The notes under the pieces: generated by a model | Databases searched by the model: none | Seen by the model: only the letters and a program-made list of their open reading frames with translations | What the model was told of the DNA's origin: nothing | From: Sphyrna mokarran | Lineage: Eukaryota | Assembly (NCBI GenBank): GCA_024679065.1 | Contig: JAGIQG010000004.1 | Span: forward strand, 62,682,001 to 62,746,000 | DNA length: 64,000 bases | Direction of reading: 5' to 3' | Shown here: piece after piece, positions 25,401-37,400 of the stretch | Layout: each line of letters begins with the position of its first letter | How positions within the stretch are numbered: the first letter of the stretch is position 1 | Translations under genes and position numbers: made by a program

Positions 25401-28400
25401 CAATAGATCCCTGAAAGTAGGCAGTCAAGTGGATAAAGTTGTTAAGAAGGCATATGGAGTCTTAGCTTTTATTGGTAGGGGGATTGAATTTAGGAGCCGC
25501 AGCATCATGTTGCAACTGTACAAAACTCTAGTGCGGCCGCACTTGGAGTATTGTGTGCAGTTCTGGTCCCACATTATAAGAAAGATGTGGAGGCATTGGA
25601 GAGGGTACAGAGGAGGTTTACCAGGATGTTGCCTGGTATGGAGGGCAGGTCCTATGAAGAGAGGTTGAAGGATTTGAGTTGTTTTCGTTAGAAAGGAGGC
25701 GGCTAAGAGGGGATCTTATTGAAGCATATAAGATGATTAGAGGTTTAGATAGGGTGGACAGTGATAGCCTTTTTCCTAGGATGGAGAAAGCTAGCACGAG
25801 GGGACACAGCTTTAAATTAAGGGGTATGAGTTATAGGACGGATATCAGAGGTAGGTTCTTTACTCAAAGAGTGATTAGGGAGTGGAATGCCCTGCCTGCA
25901 GCTGTTGTAGATGCGCCAAGTTTGGTGGCGTTTAAGAGGTTAATTGATAAGTATTGGAAGAGAAGGGAATGGTTTAGTTTGGAGGGGCATTGCTTTTTAT
26001 TTTGGTCGGCACAACATCGAAGGCCGAAGGGCCTGTTCTGTGCTGTAATGTTCTATGTTCTATGTTCTAAAGAAAGCTTTAGGATTCTCCTTAATCCTAT
26101 CAGCCAAAGTCTTCTCATGTCCCCTCTTAGGTCTCCTCAATTCACTCTTTAGCTCCCTCCTGGCTAATCTATAGCTGTCCATTGCACTAACTGAGCCTTC
26201 AAGCCTCATCCTGACATAAGCCGCCTTTTTCCTTTTAACCAGCAAATCAACGTTTTTCGTACACCAAGGTTCCCTTACTCGACCATTTCCTCCTTGCCTG
26301 ACAGGGACATACTTATCAAGGACTCAGATCAGCTGCTCCTTCAATAAGCTCCACATTCCAGATGCTCGCAGTCCCTGTAGTTTCCTAGTCCAATCTATGC
26401 ACCCTAATTCTCTCCTGATTGCCTCATAATTACCCTTCCCCCAGCTATGACTACTTCCCCCAGCTTCATGCCTATCCCTATCCATCACTAAGTTGAACGT
26501 AACCGAATTGTGGTCACTATCACCAAAATGTTCACTAACTTCCAAGCCTAACACCTGGTCTGGCTCATTGCCCAGCACCAAATCCAATGTAGCCTCACCT
26601 CTAGTTGGCCTATCTGCATACTGAGTCATAAAACCTTCCTGCACACTTTGTACGAAAACTGACCCCTCTAACGAGCTAGAGCTATAGCTATTCCAATCAA
26701 TATTAGTAAAGTTAAAGTCCCCCATAACAATTACCCTATTACTTTCACTCCTGACCAGAATTGACTTTGCAATCCTTTCCTCAACCTCTCTAGAACTTTT
26801 AGGAGGTCTATAAAAGACTCCCAACAGGGTGACCTCTCCTCTCCTGTTTCTAATCTCAGCCCATACTACCTCAACAGACAAGTCCTCATCAAACTTCTTT
26901 TCTGCCACTGTGATAGAGTCTTTGACTAATAATGCCACTGCTTCCCCCCTTCTACCTCCTTCTCTACTCCGACTAAAGCTATCACTGACCCCAGCGCCTG
27001 GGAGGCAACATACCAACCGCGAGTCCCGCTCCTTCCCACAGACTCTCCTATCTATCCCCTTAACTAGGGAGTCCCCAATCACTAATCCAGATCTTTCTCC
27101 CCCTTCCCACCTGAGCATCAAGGACAGGCTCAACTCCCGAGACCTGTACTCCATGGCTTACCCCGGTTGTATCTTCATCCCCAACAGCATCCAAAGCAGA
27201 GTACTTATTACGTAGAGGAACAGCCTCAGGGGAACTCTGCACTGACTGCTTCTTACCCCTTCTAACAGTCACCCATGTATCACATTTAGGAGTAACTATC
27301 TCCCTGTAGCTTTTATCAGTAGCCATTTCTGCTTTCCTAATAATTCTTAGTTTCTCCAGTTCCAGCTCCAGGTCCCTAACACGGTCCTCAAGGAGGTGGA
27401 ACTGGATGCACCTCTGGCAGGTGTAATGAGCTGGGACACTACCAGTGTCCCTCACCTCAAAAATCCCACAGGAGGTACATCGCACTGCCTGCACTGCCAT
27501 CCCTATTACTTCCTTTACACTGAAACAAATATAAACTTAAACTTACCTGCTCACACTCCTAGTCGCTCTCCTTTTTTTATTAGGTTAGAGGAGTGGGGAG
27601 GATTGGGATACTCTACACGTGTAGAGCATTAGGATTCTTCACCTTCCCAATTTATGGAATGTATCTACATTCATCTAGGACCCAATATTGCGCCTCCTGG
27701 ATTGCCACTAGGAATTACGCTCCAGATACAGGTATGTTGTTTCATCATTACAATTTTTCATTCTTGCTGAGCCAATTTTTGAATAAATGGTCACTGTTTT
27801 CCTCATGCAAGCCGGTTACTTTTCTTATTGGTCTGAAATGTTAGACCCCGTCAAATGACTGCACTAATATACACTGCCTCAGAAACACTCCTTGTTACTA
27901 GCTCAAGCAATGGGTTAATTTGATAAGGTGTAAAAGCTATTGCCTGTCCCTTATAGACAGTTGCCTTTAGAAATGATATTCCATCCTTTTTCTCATAAAC
28001 TAAGGGTAATAGTTTGGCAAACGCCAAATTCTGATTGATCTATAAGGATGGTCAAAGAGTGAAATAAATATGATAGTCTTAATTTAGCAGTTATAGGTGA
28101 GAATTAGAAAATTTAAAAGTGATTATGATAATCTTGTTTACGATCAATTTAAGTTAAATGAATAATGAAATAAAGCTTAGAATTAGGTTCAGAAAAAATG
28201 GAATTTTGACCTGATGATGTCCATTTACTCCGCTTTTTTTTAAAAAAAACAAATAGAGAGTTAACATATTTTGTCCCAGACAGAGTACATTTTTAAGTTT
28301 TAAGATTTTGCAGCAGATTTAAGACATTCCAGAATTCATTAGTCGATGATAAATATAGTAAATGCATTAGCTTGTATCAAAATCTAGCATGGGGATAGAA

Positions 28401-31400
28401 TTTAGTGAAGAGTTACACATTGAAGAATGGGAGTGGATGTTTAATAATTCACAGATCAGTATAATCAGAGATGAGGGAAATAACTCAGTGGAGTAAAGTA
28501 ACATTAAAGAAAGGAACAGGTATGGGATGTACAGGTGAGATGTGTGTAATAAAAGAGACATTATAAAACAAGAGACAGTAAATAGACTCGGACGGAATTA
28601 AAGCTCTGATTTCTTTGATGGATACACAGACCAACAATGGGTCATTAAAAAGGAGACATTTAACGAGATTCTAGGAAGTAAAACACAGTTAAGTAATTGC
28701 TGTGGGCGAACAAGCTTTAAAAAATCCAGGGATAAGATAAATGCTTATGAACTGTTGAAAACTCATAATATTATTTTCTTGCATTTGGGACAATTTTGAC
28801 ATTAAAAAAACAACTGCGTTGTAGGCAAGTTACCTTAATAATTTTATGCCATTTAAGAAAAAGAACGAGCAGTAGAAATAAATTACTCTCTGGAATCAGG
28901 TCGAAAGCTTTGATTTCTGTTTCAAAAATGCCATTACGTTATAGGATTCCGTCAAAAAAAAGTGGAAATTTCAGAAGACCAGAAGAAGGTTATGCTTTAT
29001 GTGCAACGATATCTCCCCAGAAAGGAGTAAGATAAATATTGGAACATCTTGCTTCGTACAGAAATTTGTACAACATTCTTGTTGTACAAATCATTCAGTA
29101 CTTGCCAAAACTTGACATGACCTCATAAAGGGAGGAAAACCCAGGGGTGAGAATGTAACATGGGGAAATGCAGGGAAGCAGTTTTTTTTTTCAGTTTAAA
29201 ACAGGCCTCGTAAAGGTACGTGCCTTTGGGACTGACAGATGCCAAGAAAATGATAGAATGTAAGTTGCGGCAAAAACGCAATAGCATGGAATCAGAATAA
29301 GACAGAATAAGGCCAGTGCGATGTTGCTCCTATATTTCCAGGAGGCAAACATACAGATATCAGCATAGAGAATCCTGCAGGAGGGTTAACAATGCAAGGG
29401 GCAGAGCATGAATGTGTTGTGGAAGAGGCTGAAGCAGCAAACGAAAGGTTAGCAAATGAAGCACTCATAGGGGAAGGAATGATTAATCTGTATGTAGATA
29501 GAGCGAGAAAGTATGCCAATGGAGAACGACACGTAGAGGTGGGAACATCGGGGTGGCGGCGTGGGCTCGTTGGGCCAAAGAGCCTGTTTCCCGTGCTGTT
29601 TTGTTCTTTGTTCTTTGTTCTTTGTAGCATGGACAGTGGTGAATGACTAAGGAACAGGGATTGCAGAAGAGCAAATCCAAGGGATTAATTCAGCACAAGT
29701 AGCATGATTTGTTCGATTGAACAAATACTTAAAATCCAAACTCAGAGGGCAAACGAGAAAGCTGATGAGAATGTGAGCGACTTACGAACAACCCAGAAAG
29801 AATTCAAACAGCAAGCTTGGCAGCCGCACAAGCCAGGGAAGTCGCAGACATTGATGTGAAACAAATGCAAGAACAGGCATCAGAGAAACAGAAAGAGAAA
29901 TGGGGAAAGGAAAACGTGGAGGAAGGAGGGTTCAAGATGGTGCATGGAGAATCGATGATAGAATAATAGCCCAAGAAGACCATATTGGAAGCAAATCATA
30001 TTGGCTTCCTGTTGGATGTAGGGTCTTAGAGAATCTGTGCGATATGCATCTATCACATTCCTAAACTCACTTGCTTGCCAAGACATCAGCGAGGCATAAT
30101 GGTGACTAAGAAGTAAACTTGACTTTCCAAAAAAGGTGGGAAACTTCATTTTGTAAATGTTTGGCCAATTCATCTAACCTGCACACATTTTGACTGTGGG
30201 AAGAAACAGCAGCACGTGGTGGAACGCATGCAGATATCGCGTCGAGGAGGTGGGTAGTGGTGGGAGGAGGCGGTGTGGGGAGGGGTGGAGGGTGGTGGAT
30301 CGTGCAAACGTCAGTCACCCAAGGCCGGAATTGAAGCCCAGTCCCTGGAGCTGCTGGGGAATATTCCTTTGTCCTTCATCCCTCTAACAGCTCAGCTGTC
30401 AACAAGGAGGATTTGAAAATTTGTTTCAATGCCCCAGATATCTCCGCACTTGCCTCCCTCAGCAACCTGCGATGCACGTCATCTATGTCTGAAGTTGTGT
30501 TTACTTTTAAGGCCGTTAAGCATGCTAGTACCTTCTTGCTTTATGATAGATTTCATCAATGTTTCATAGCCTTCCACCCTGATGTCTACAACTGCGTCCT
30601 CTTTTACCATCGTCATTGCAATGATATTGAGAATGTATCCGTATTTTCCGTGTCATCCCGCAGATTGCCTATAAGGCCTCTAATTGAACCTATGGTTTTC
30701 TTTATGTTTTTTTTTTACTTAATATAAAGTATAATAAGATAACCTGATTCAAGTGCCTGGTGTGGAGTCTGCCTGAATCTACCAATTGGGTCGTGGGGGG
30801 GGGGGGGGGGGGTGATTGTGCCGTTCTATTGATTGACATATTCTCGGAAGCACACATTCATGATACATAACTTTAAAATGGAAAATATGGCATATTAGCG
30901 AATATTATTATGAAATGTTTCCTGACAGTTGTCAGCGAGGTTGGCAACGAAAGGTTTCCCTACAAAATTGAGGTCAGTATGGAAATGTTGAAAACATATT
31001 TTTCCGGTCATAATCTCATTTCTTTAACATCTTTAATTCTCTCTCTTTTTTCGTATCTCTCTGTTCGATTTCAGGTTTCCTATTTCTTTTTGTTTTGTGA
31101 TGTGCAGACGTTCACGTCGAATTACAGTTCCAAATTAAATTATAGGTCTGCGTGCGGATTTGTCAATCTGCTCGTTAAATTTATGTTGCACAGTAAAATA
31201 CGGATGTTAACATTTGAAAGATAGTCGTACAGTTTAACATCTAACTGCCTCGACGTTAATCATATAGGCTCTGCAACCTCAACGACTTTAACATTGAAAA
31301 CGGAGTAGTTTGTATTCCATTCAACGACGTAGAAACTGATAAGGAAAACTGAAGTGGAAATTCTCTTCGCCATTTCTAAAGAGGTATGCCAGAATAAGCA

Positions 31401-34400
31401 GATAAACATAATCTAAGATTTTTAGCACATAAATTAAGAAACAGGAGACGGACAATTTTGAACGTAACAAAACGTATAAACATACCGTTTCTTCAGAAGG
31501 AGGCGATTCAACTCCAGCTGTCACAATGCATTGAAAATAAAAATCGAAACATAATTGTCAGGTTATTTGTTTTATGGAGCAGGTGAGAAATGCAATTTGC
31601 ATCTTTAAAGTAACGCACGGTTCTGAATTTTCCCATTGTTCTCGCCACTGAAATTTTAGAGGGGCGTGGAGTGCTTTGGGATGGGGGCATGTAGTGGAGA
31701 AGAGTGGGGGAGTGCCGCACAACAGTCCATTGAAGCTGGGTAAGGTTCTTCGGTTTTGAGGTGAGCGCGGCCGGAGATCTGATATTATAAATGTACATGA
31801 ACATAATTGCGCACGCACTATTCAAATATTCAACTGGCCTCAAATTTCGGTATGTATCTTAACATTTTAAACTTAAATTGCTAAATCTGTTCTTACCTTT
31901 GCAAGTCCGTAACACGCATTGCTTCCCGAAGATGGTCACAAGCACAAGGCAGATGACTCCACTGACTACGCATCCAGCTGTCAACAATACAAATTTAATG
32001 TCGGTATCTGCAAGATTAATGAATGTTGCTGAGATAAATCTTCATATAGGAATAAGGAAAAATAATTCAAAAAGGATGACAAAATAACTCTACAAAATAT
32101 TTTATTAGCTTCCTTTCAGCGTAACTGTGATTTGATTCTATATATTGTTGTCATAGTGAAAAGTATTATTTCTAAACCACAGACCACAGTCAGTAAGGAT
32201 AGACAACAACACCTCTTCCGTGATCATCCTCAACATCAGTGCTTTGCAAGGCTATGACATCAGCTCAATACTATGTTTCTTATTGACCTTTGACTGTATG
32301 GACAAATTCCCCTCCAACTCAGTTATTGCGCAGTATACAGACAATGAACAGCGTTCATAGAGAAGGAATGGAGAGAATGCAGAATATAGTATACCGTCAT
32401 AACTAGTGTGCAGAGAAAGATCAATTTAATGCGAGGTAGGTCCGTTCAAAAGTCTAATGGTAGCAGGGAAAAACAAAATTGTTCTTGAGTCGGTTGGCAC
32501 GTTATTTTGGACTTTGGTATCTGTCTCCCTACAGAAGAAGGAGAAAGAGAGTATGCCGGAGGTCCGTGGGATCACTGAGTATGCTAATTGTTTCTCAGAG
32601 GCAGCGGGAAATGTAGACAGTGCCCGTGGATGGGAGGCTGGTTTGATTGATGGACTGGGCTTCGTCCATATCTCTTTAAGTCTCTTGTGGTCTTCGGCAG
32701 AACAGGAGCTATGTCAACCTGTGATACAATCAGAAAGAATGTTTTCTAAGGTGCATCTGTAGATGTTCGTAAGACTTGCAGCGGACATGATACATTTCCT
32801 TAGTCTTCTGAAAAGGTCCAGGAATTGGTGGGCTTTCTTAACTATAACATTCTCATGGAGGAACCGGGATAGTTCGTCGATGATCTGGACACCTAAAAAC
32901 GTGAGGCTTTCCACCATTTCTACTTTGTTTCCATTGATGCAGACAGGGCCACGCTCTCCACTACAATTTCTGAAGTTGATGACTACCTGCTTCGTTTTAT
33001 TGACATTGAGAAAGAGATTATTGTGACACTCAGTTCGCCAGATCATCTATCTCTTTCCTGCATAGTGTCTCGCCAATAATGAGATCCAGCCAACAACCGT
33101 ACTGTCATCAGCAAACTTGAAAACACAGTTGGAGGGAAATTTGTCCGTACAATCAAAGGTGAATAAGAAATATAATATGGAGCTAATGCCATAGCCTTGC
33201 GGAACACCGATGTTGAGGATTATTACGGAGGAGGTATTATTGTCTATCCGTACTGACTGCGGTCTGTGGTTTAGGAAGTCAAGAATCCAGTCGCAGAAGG
33301 TGGAGCCGAGCCCCAGCAATGAAGTTTGGAGATGAGCCCCGAAGGAACAGTCGTATTGAAGTCAAAGAACAAAACAGCACGGGAAACAGGCCTTTCGGCC
33401 CAAGTCTGAGCTGTAGTTTATGAATAAGAGACAGACACAGATGTCTTTGTTTTCTAGGTGTCCTAGGATTGAGCATAGGGTCAGAGAGAATTTTGAATCT
33501 TTGTGATGATAGTTTAACTTGGCCACTTCGAATCTCGAATGTGGTCAAAAGTACAACGCAATATATCGTAAAGATGTCAATTTTATCTTTCTATTTGTAT
33601 TGCTGGATAACTTGTGTTCTATCTAGGGCACCATGACAGCTCAAAGACTATCGATGTGGCTGTGCAGACACTTGGAATTGGGCCGGTGTCTGCGGGAGTT
33701 TGCGCGTTCTCCCCGTGGTTGCGTGGGTTTTCTCCGGGCACTCCGGTTTCCTCCCACAACCCAAAAATTCGCTCTTAGGCTGATTGGGAAACAAATTGTC
33801 CCTGTGGTGAAAATTTTCCATATTAGAAATAATATATATATTATTATATAGGAATATTAAAATAGGATAATGTATTTGCTACTATATAGTATGACGGCGG
33901 CGCGGGCTCGTTGGGCCGAAGGGCCTGTTTCCCGTGCTGTGTTGCTTAAAAAAAAAATCTATATGATTGGCTTTTAGCCATAAAGTTGAACATCACTTTT
34001 TTTTTTCTTAAAACAGCCACGGAACACAAACTTAGCCTGATATGGATTTGATTGGTCACAACTCCAAAGCCACATAGTAGGCAACTCAGAGTTAATCTTG
34101 TTAGCTAATCGGAGACATCTATTCACTGTGCATTTACAGAATTACCTGCATTTTAGAGTTTTGGGCGCATTGTGGCACAGGGCCTAAAACGCACGTTTTC
34201 AATAGCAATAATGGCGCGGTTCAGAGTTATTGTTACGTATTGGAAGCAACAGAGTACGAAAACACATGTTAGGGTACAGAGCTTGCAGAAACCAGAGGGG
34301 CTGTAATTAATGCAAGTGGGAACACTTAAAAACTGCCACCGACTTAGGCGATTTAGAGTCAAAGAGAAACACAGGCTATCAGTGAAACATAGAACTCTGT

Positions 34401-37400
34401 ATGGATAGGGCAAAAAGACGGAAGACAATCAGGGAACAGATCACTGAAATTTTACTGTAATTTGAAACAGATTTCTAAATTTTATTTTTAAAAGTGGGTG
34501 TGTTGGTGCGATTGAAGAACAATCGGTGTTCACTGATTGCACTTTATGGAACCGAAGATCAAAGAATACACTGGGAAAAAACGATCAGTGTTACTGAGAA
34601 CCGTGGCTCCATAGTGAAAACTAGCAGGGAAGAGATTGTGGCGCAATCGTATGGTCACTCGACTAGTAATCCTGGCACCTCGGATAAAGCTCTAGAGACA
34701 AGCTTCAAAACCTACCACAGTAAATTGTGCAAGTTTAATTCAACCATTAGCAATCTTCATATAAAAGTGTTATTTAGGAATATAAAATCTGCCCCAGTGT
34801 ATCAGTACAAAAATAAGCCTGAAGCTAATACAATCATCTTAATTGAAAAAAAATGTCGAATCGAGTATCCATTTCTCCCAGCTCCTGACGTTGCCATGGA
34901 CTATGCATTCGATACCCTTCGGATAGTATCAACGAAGGCTGAGGACAATGCATGCTGCGAATGCGAGGTGACTGAGAATATTCCTACAATACTACTGAAA
35001 ATATGTAATCCAAAACGTGGTTACAGAGTAGACAACCCTGTTTTAGTACAGCTCCAGCAACAGAATACACTCAAAAATGTGCAAAATTGCTCAATTTCCC
35101 TGTACGTATAATGAAGGAGGAATCCATTCTGCATATTAGCTCCCCATATATTTAGTCACCGTCTGAAGTGATAAGACAGGCGATCAATTGTGCTAATAAG
35201 CGTCACCACATTCATAATATCCTGATCACTAATGGGTTGTTTGCATTTCTCCATTGGCACTCAGCTACTGATCGCATAATTTTAATTCAAACACGGACCA
35301 AAGGGCTATACTTAATGGATGAGGTAGAAGTCACTTCTTTGGTTACCATTTGACTGAGTGTTTCATGAAGGAATCTCAGCAAAGCGGGCATCAAAAAACA
35401 CTAACAGAATTAAATTTCCTTTTGTTGAAATCATATCTTGCACAAAAGTCAATAACAGTGCTGGATAGAGGTCAAACAATTGGAGGGCATTCCCACAGAG
35501 TTTCTCAGCATAGTTCCTAGGAATTGTTAATTTTAGTTTCTTCAACAGCTTCGTTCATTATCATAGTATGTGAGTAGTAGGGATTTACTCCAAATGATTG
35601 TGCAAAGTTTGGTGGTCGTTTTGTATTCTGAGACACTGAAGAGACCACGCCCAAATATTAAGTATTCACACCACGCAAGTTGTAAGCATTGACCATCAAA
35701 TGGATGTCATTTGGGTAGTTATTGATAATTCACCGTGACACAATGTTAACTACATCTAAAGAACAAGTTACTGTCTGAACTCATTTTGAACTTTCTTCCA
35801 AGTTCTGACCTGGAAAGGACAAAACATTTGGAGGCAAGCATCTCTTCATACATACATTTCCTTTGATATATACCATATAATCTGATGGCCTTAGAATTTT
35901 ACCGTTTCAGAATTGTTGGAAGGTCTTCTCGGAGCTTTGGCAGAACTGCTATTGCCTTTGACCTGACGAAGAAGATTGAAAAGATGGCGATAGTGTAACG
36001 TGGATAATTTTAAACGTTGCGGCCTCAATGTATTTCTGGTTTTATTAAGCTTACAATGTTACCAAAAGAGAAATTAACTGCACCTGCCAACTCAAGTCGA
36101 ACTGCCAAACAATCAGTGTCTTTTTCTCTAGCTGCTTCAATTATGAATCCCATTGAAATTTGGCTTTTGTGCAGCTTTCCGAATGAGTGCAAGTGGAAAA
36201 GCTTTGCAAAAAAGAACATTTCTTTTTAGGATTAGGAAATGAAGTCTGAAGGAAAACACAATAGGTGTGTAACAGCTCAGTTCATTATCATAGGTGTGGT
36301 CTAAGTCATTGTGGTCATTCAAGTCTATTTGGCCACTGAATAAGACTTAGGCTGTTTTCATTGGAACATATCCAACATGTTAATTCATCTATTTTATTAC
36401 CAAGGACCTAGCTACCTATGCTCAAGTATATTTGGATAAGTTGTTTCTATTGCCTTTTGAGGAAAAATGTTCCAAAGACTCAGAACACTTTGAGTTGAAC
36501 ATTTGGTTTCTTGACTATCTTACGTGAATTCTCCATTGCCTTTCAATAATGATGTTTTGTCTTGATTCTCCCAGGAGGGGAAACATCCTCTCTACTTCCA
36601 TCATGTCGAAGCCCCACCGGATCTTATGCATTTCTGTGAAATCTCCAGTTGTTCTTCTAATCTCTGTTGCATGCAATTCTAGCCCTCCATCAACATTCAT
36701 CATATGACAACCACCCAACCCAGGTTTAATTCTGGTTAACCTCCTCTGAATTCCGTCCAGCGTATTCTGATCTTGTCTTAAGAATGGAGACGAACACAGT
36801 ATTCAAAATATTGTCTCACGAGTGTCTGGTACAACCAAAGAATATTCAATTGTATGTTCAATTCTGCTAGCAATAAACTATAACTTCTTGTTAGGTTCTT
36901 CAATTGCTTGCTTCAACAGCATATTATGCCTTGCGATTGATAAATGAGGGCCGACAGATTAATCTGACTCTCCAAACACTGAAGTACCCAACATTTAGAT
37001 AGTAGCTTCTTTTTTTTTTCACCACTTACTTCCAAATATATTTTTGTGATGTCATCCAGGTAAGCAAAATCTTGTCTTTGATCCCTTCATGTAAGTCATT
37101 CATATACGTTCCTGTGTTTCCTCCGACTGCTCTAGTTTCCTCACATAGTACAACGTTGTGCGATTTAGCTGAACTCGCCATGCTAAATTGGTCCTTAATA
37201 TCAAACGATGTGTTATTTGGGGCAGTGTTGAGAGGGACGGGGGCGGAGGGTGGGTGTTAGTCAGGTAAGTATAATAGGTTATGGGTATAGAACATGGGGA
37301 AGATGCTCTGTCGCGAGCTAGTGCAGGTTCGATGGATCACATAGCCTGCTTCAGTACATTAGGCATTTTATGATTCTATGAAGTTGAGTCCCCTGCACTT

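Larger units (their letters stand above)
19055..27680 (-). mobile_element. Full-length CR1 'A' (5'UTR, ORF1 Zn-finger/leucine-zipper + SGNH esterase, ORF2 APE+RT), interrupted at 22437/26980
   Basis: ORF1 start [11 protein letters not shown]...TCQRC...[12 protein letters not shown] (27500); esterase IGDS...LPGAGVSD|ISDRVFGIL...HVGTHD...DGLHLN is contiguous across the insertion; 855-aa ORF2 at 19283-21850. Confidence 0.92.

Noticed and set aside
34494-35111. 205-aa plus-strand ORF
   Set aside because: No recognisable domain; overlaps degenerate SINE/LINE remnants and is antisense within an intron.
35903-35962. Phase 0-0 exon-like segment [20 protein letters not shown]
   Set aside because: Wrong phase for the C1-TM intron, and its acceptor lies within the dispersed repeat also found at 43740-43965.
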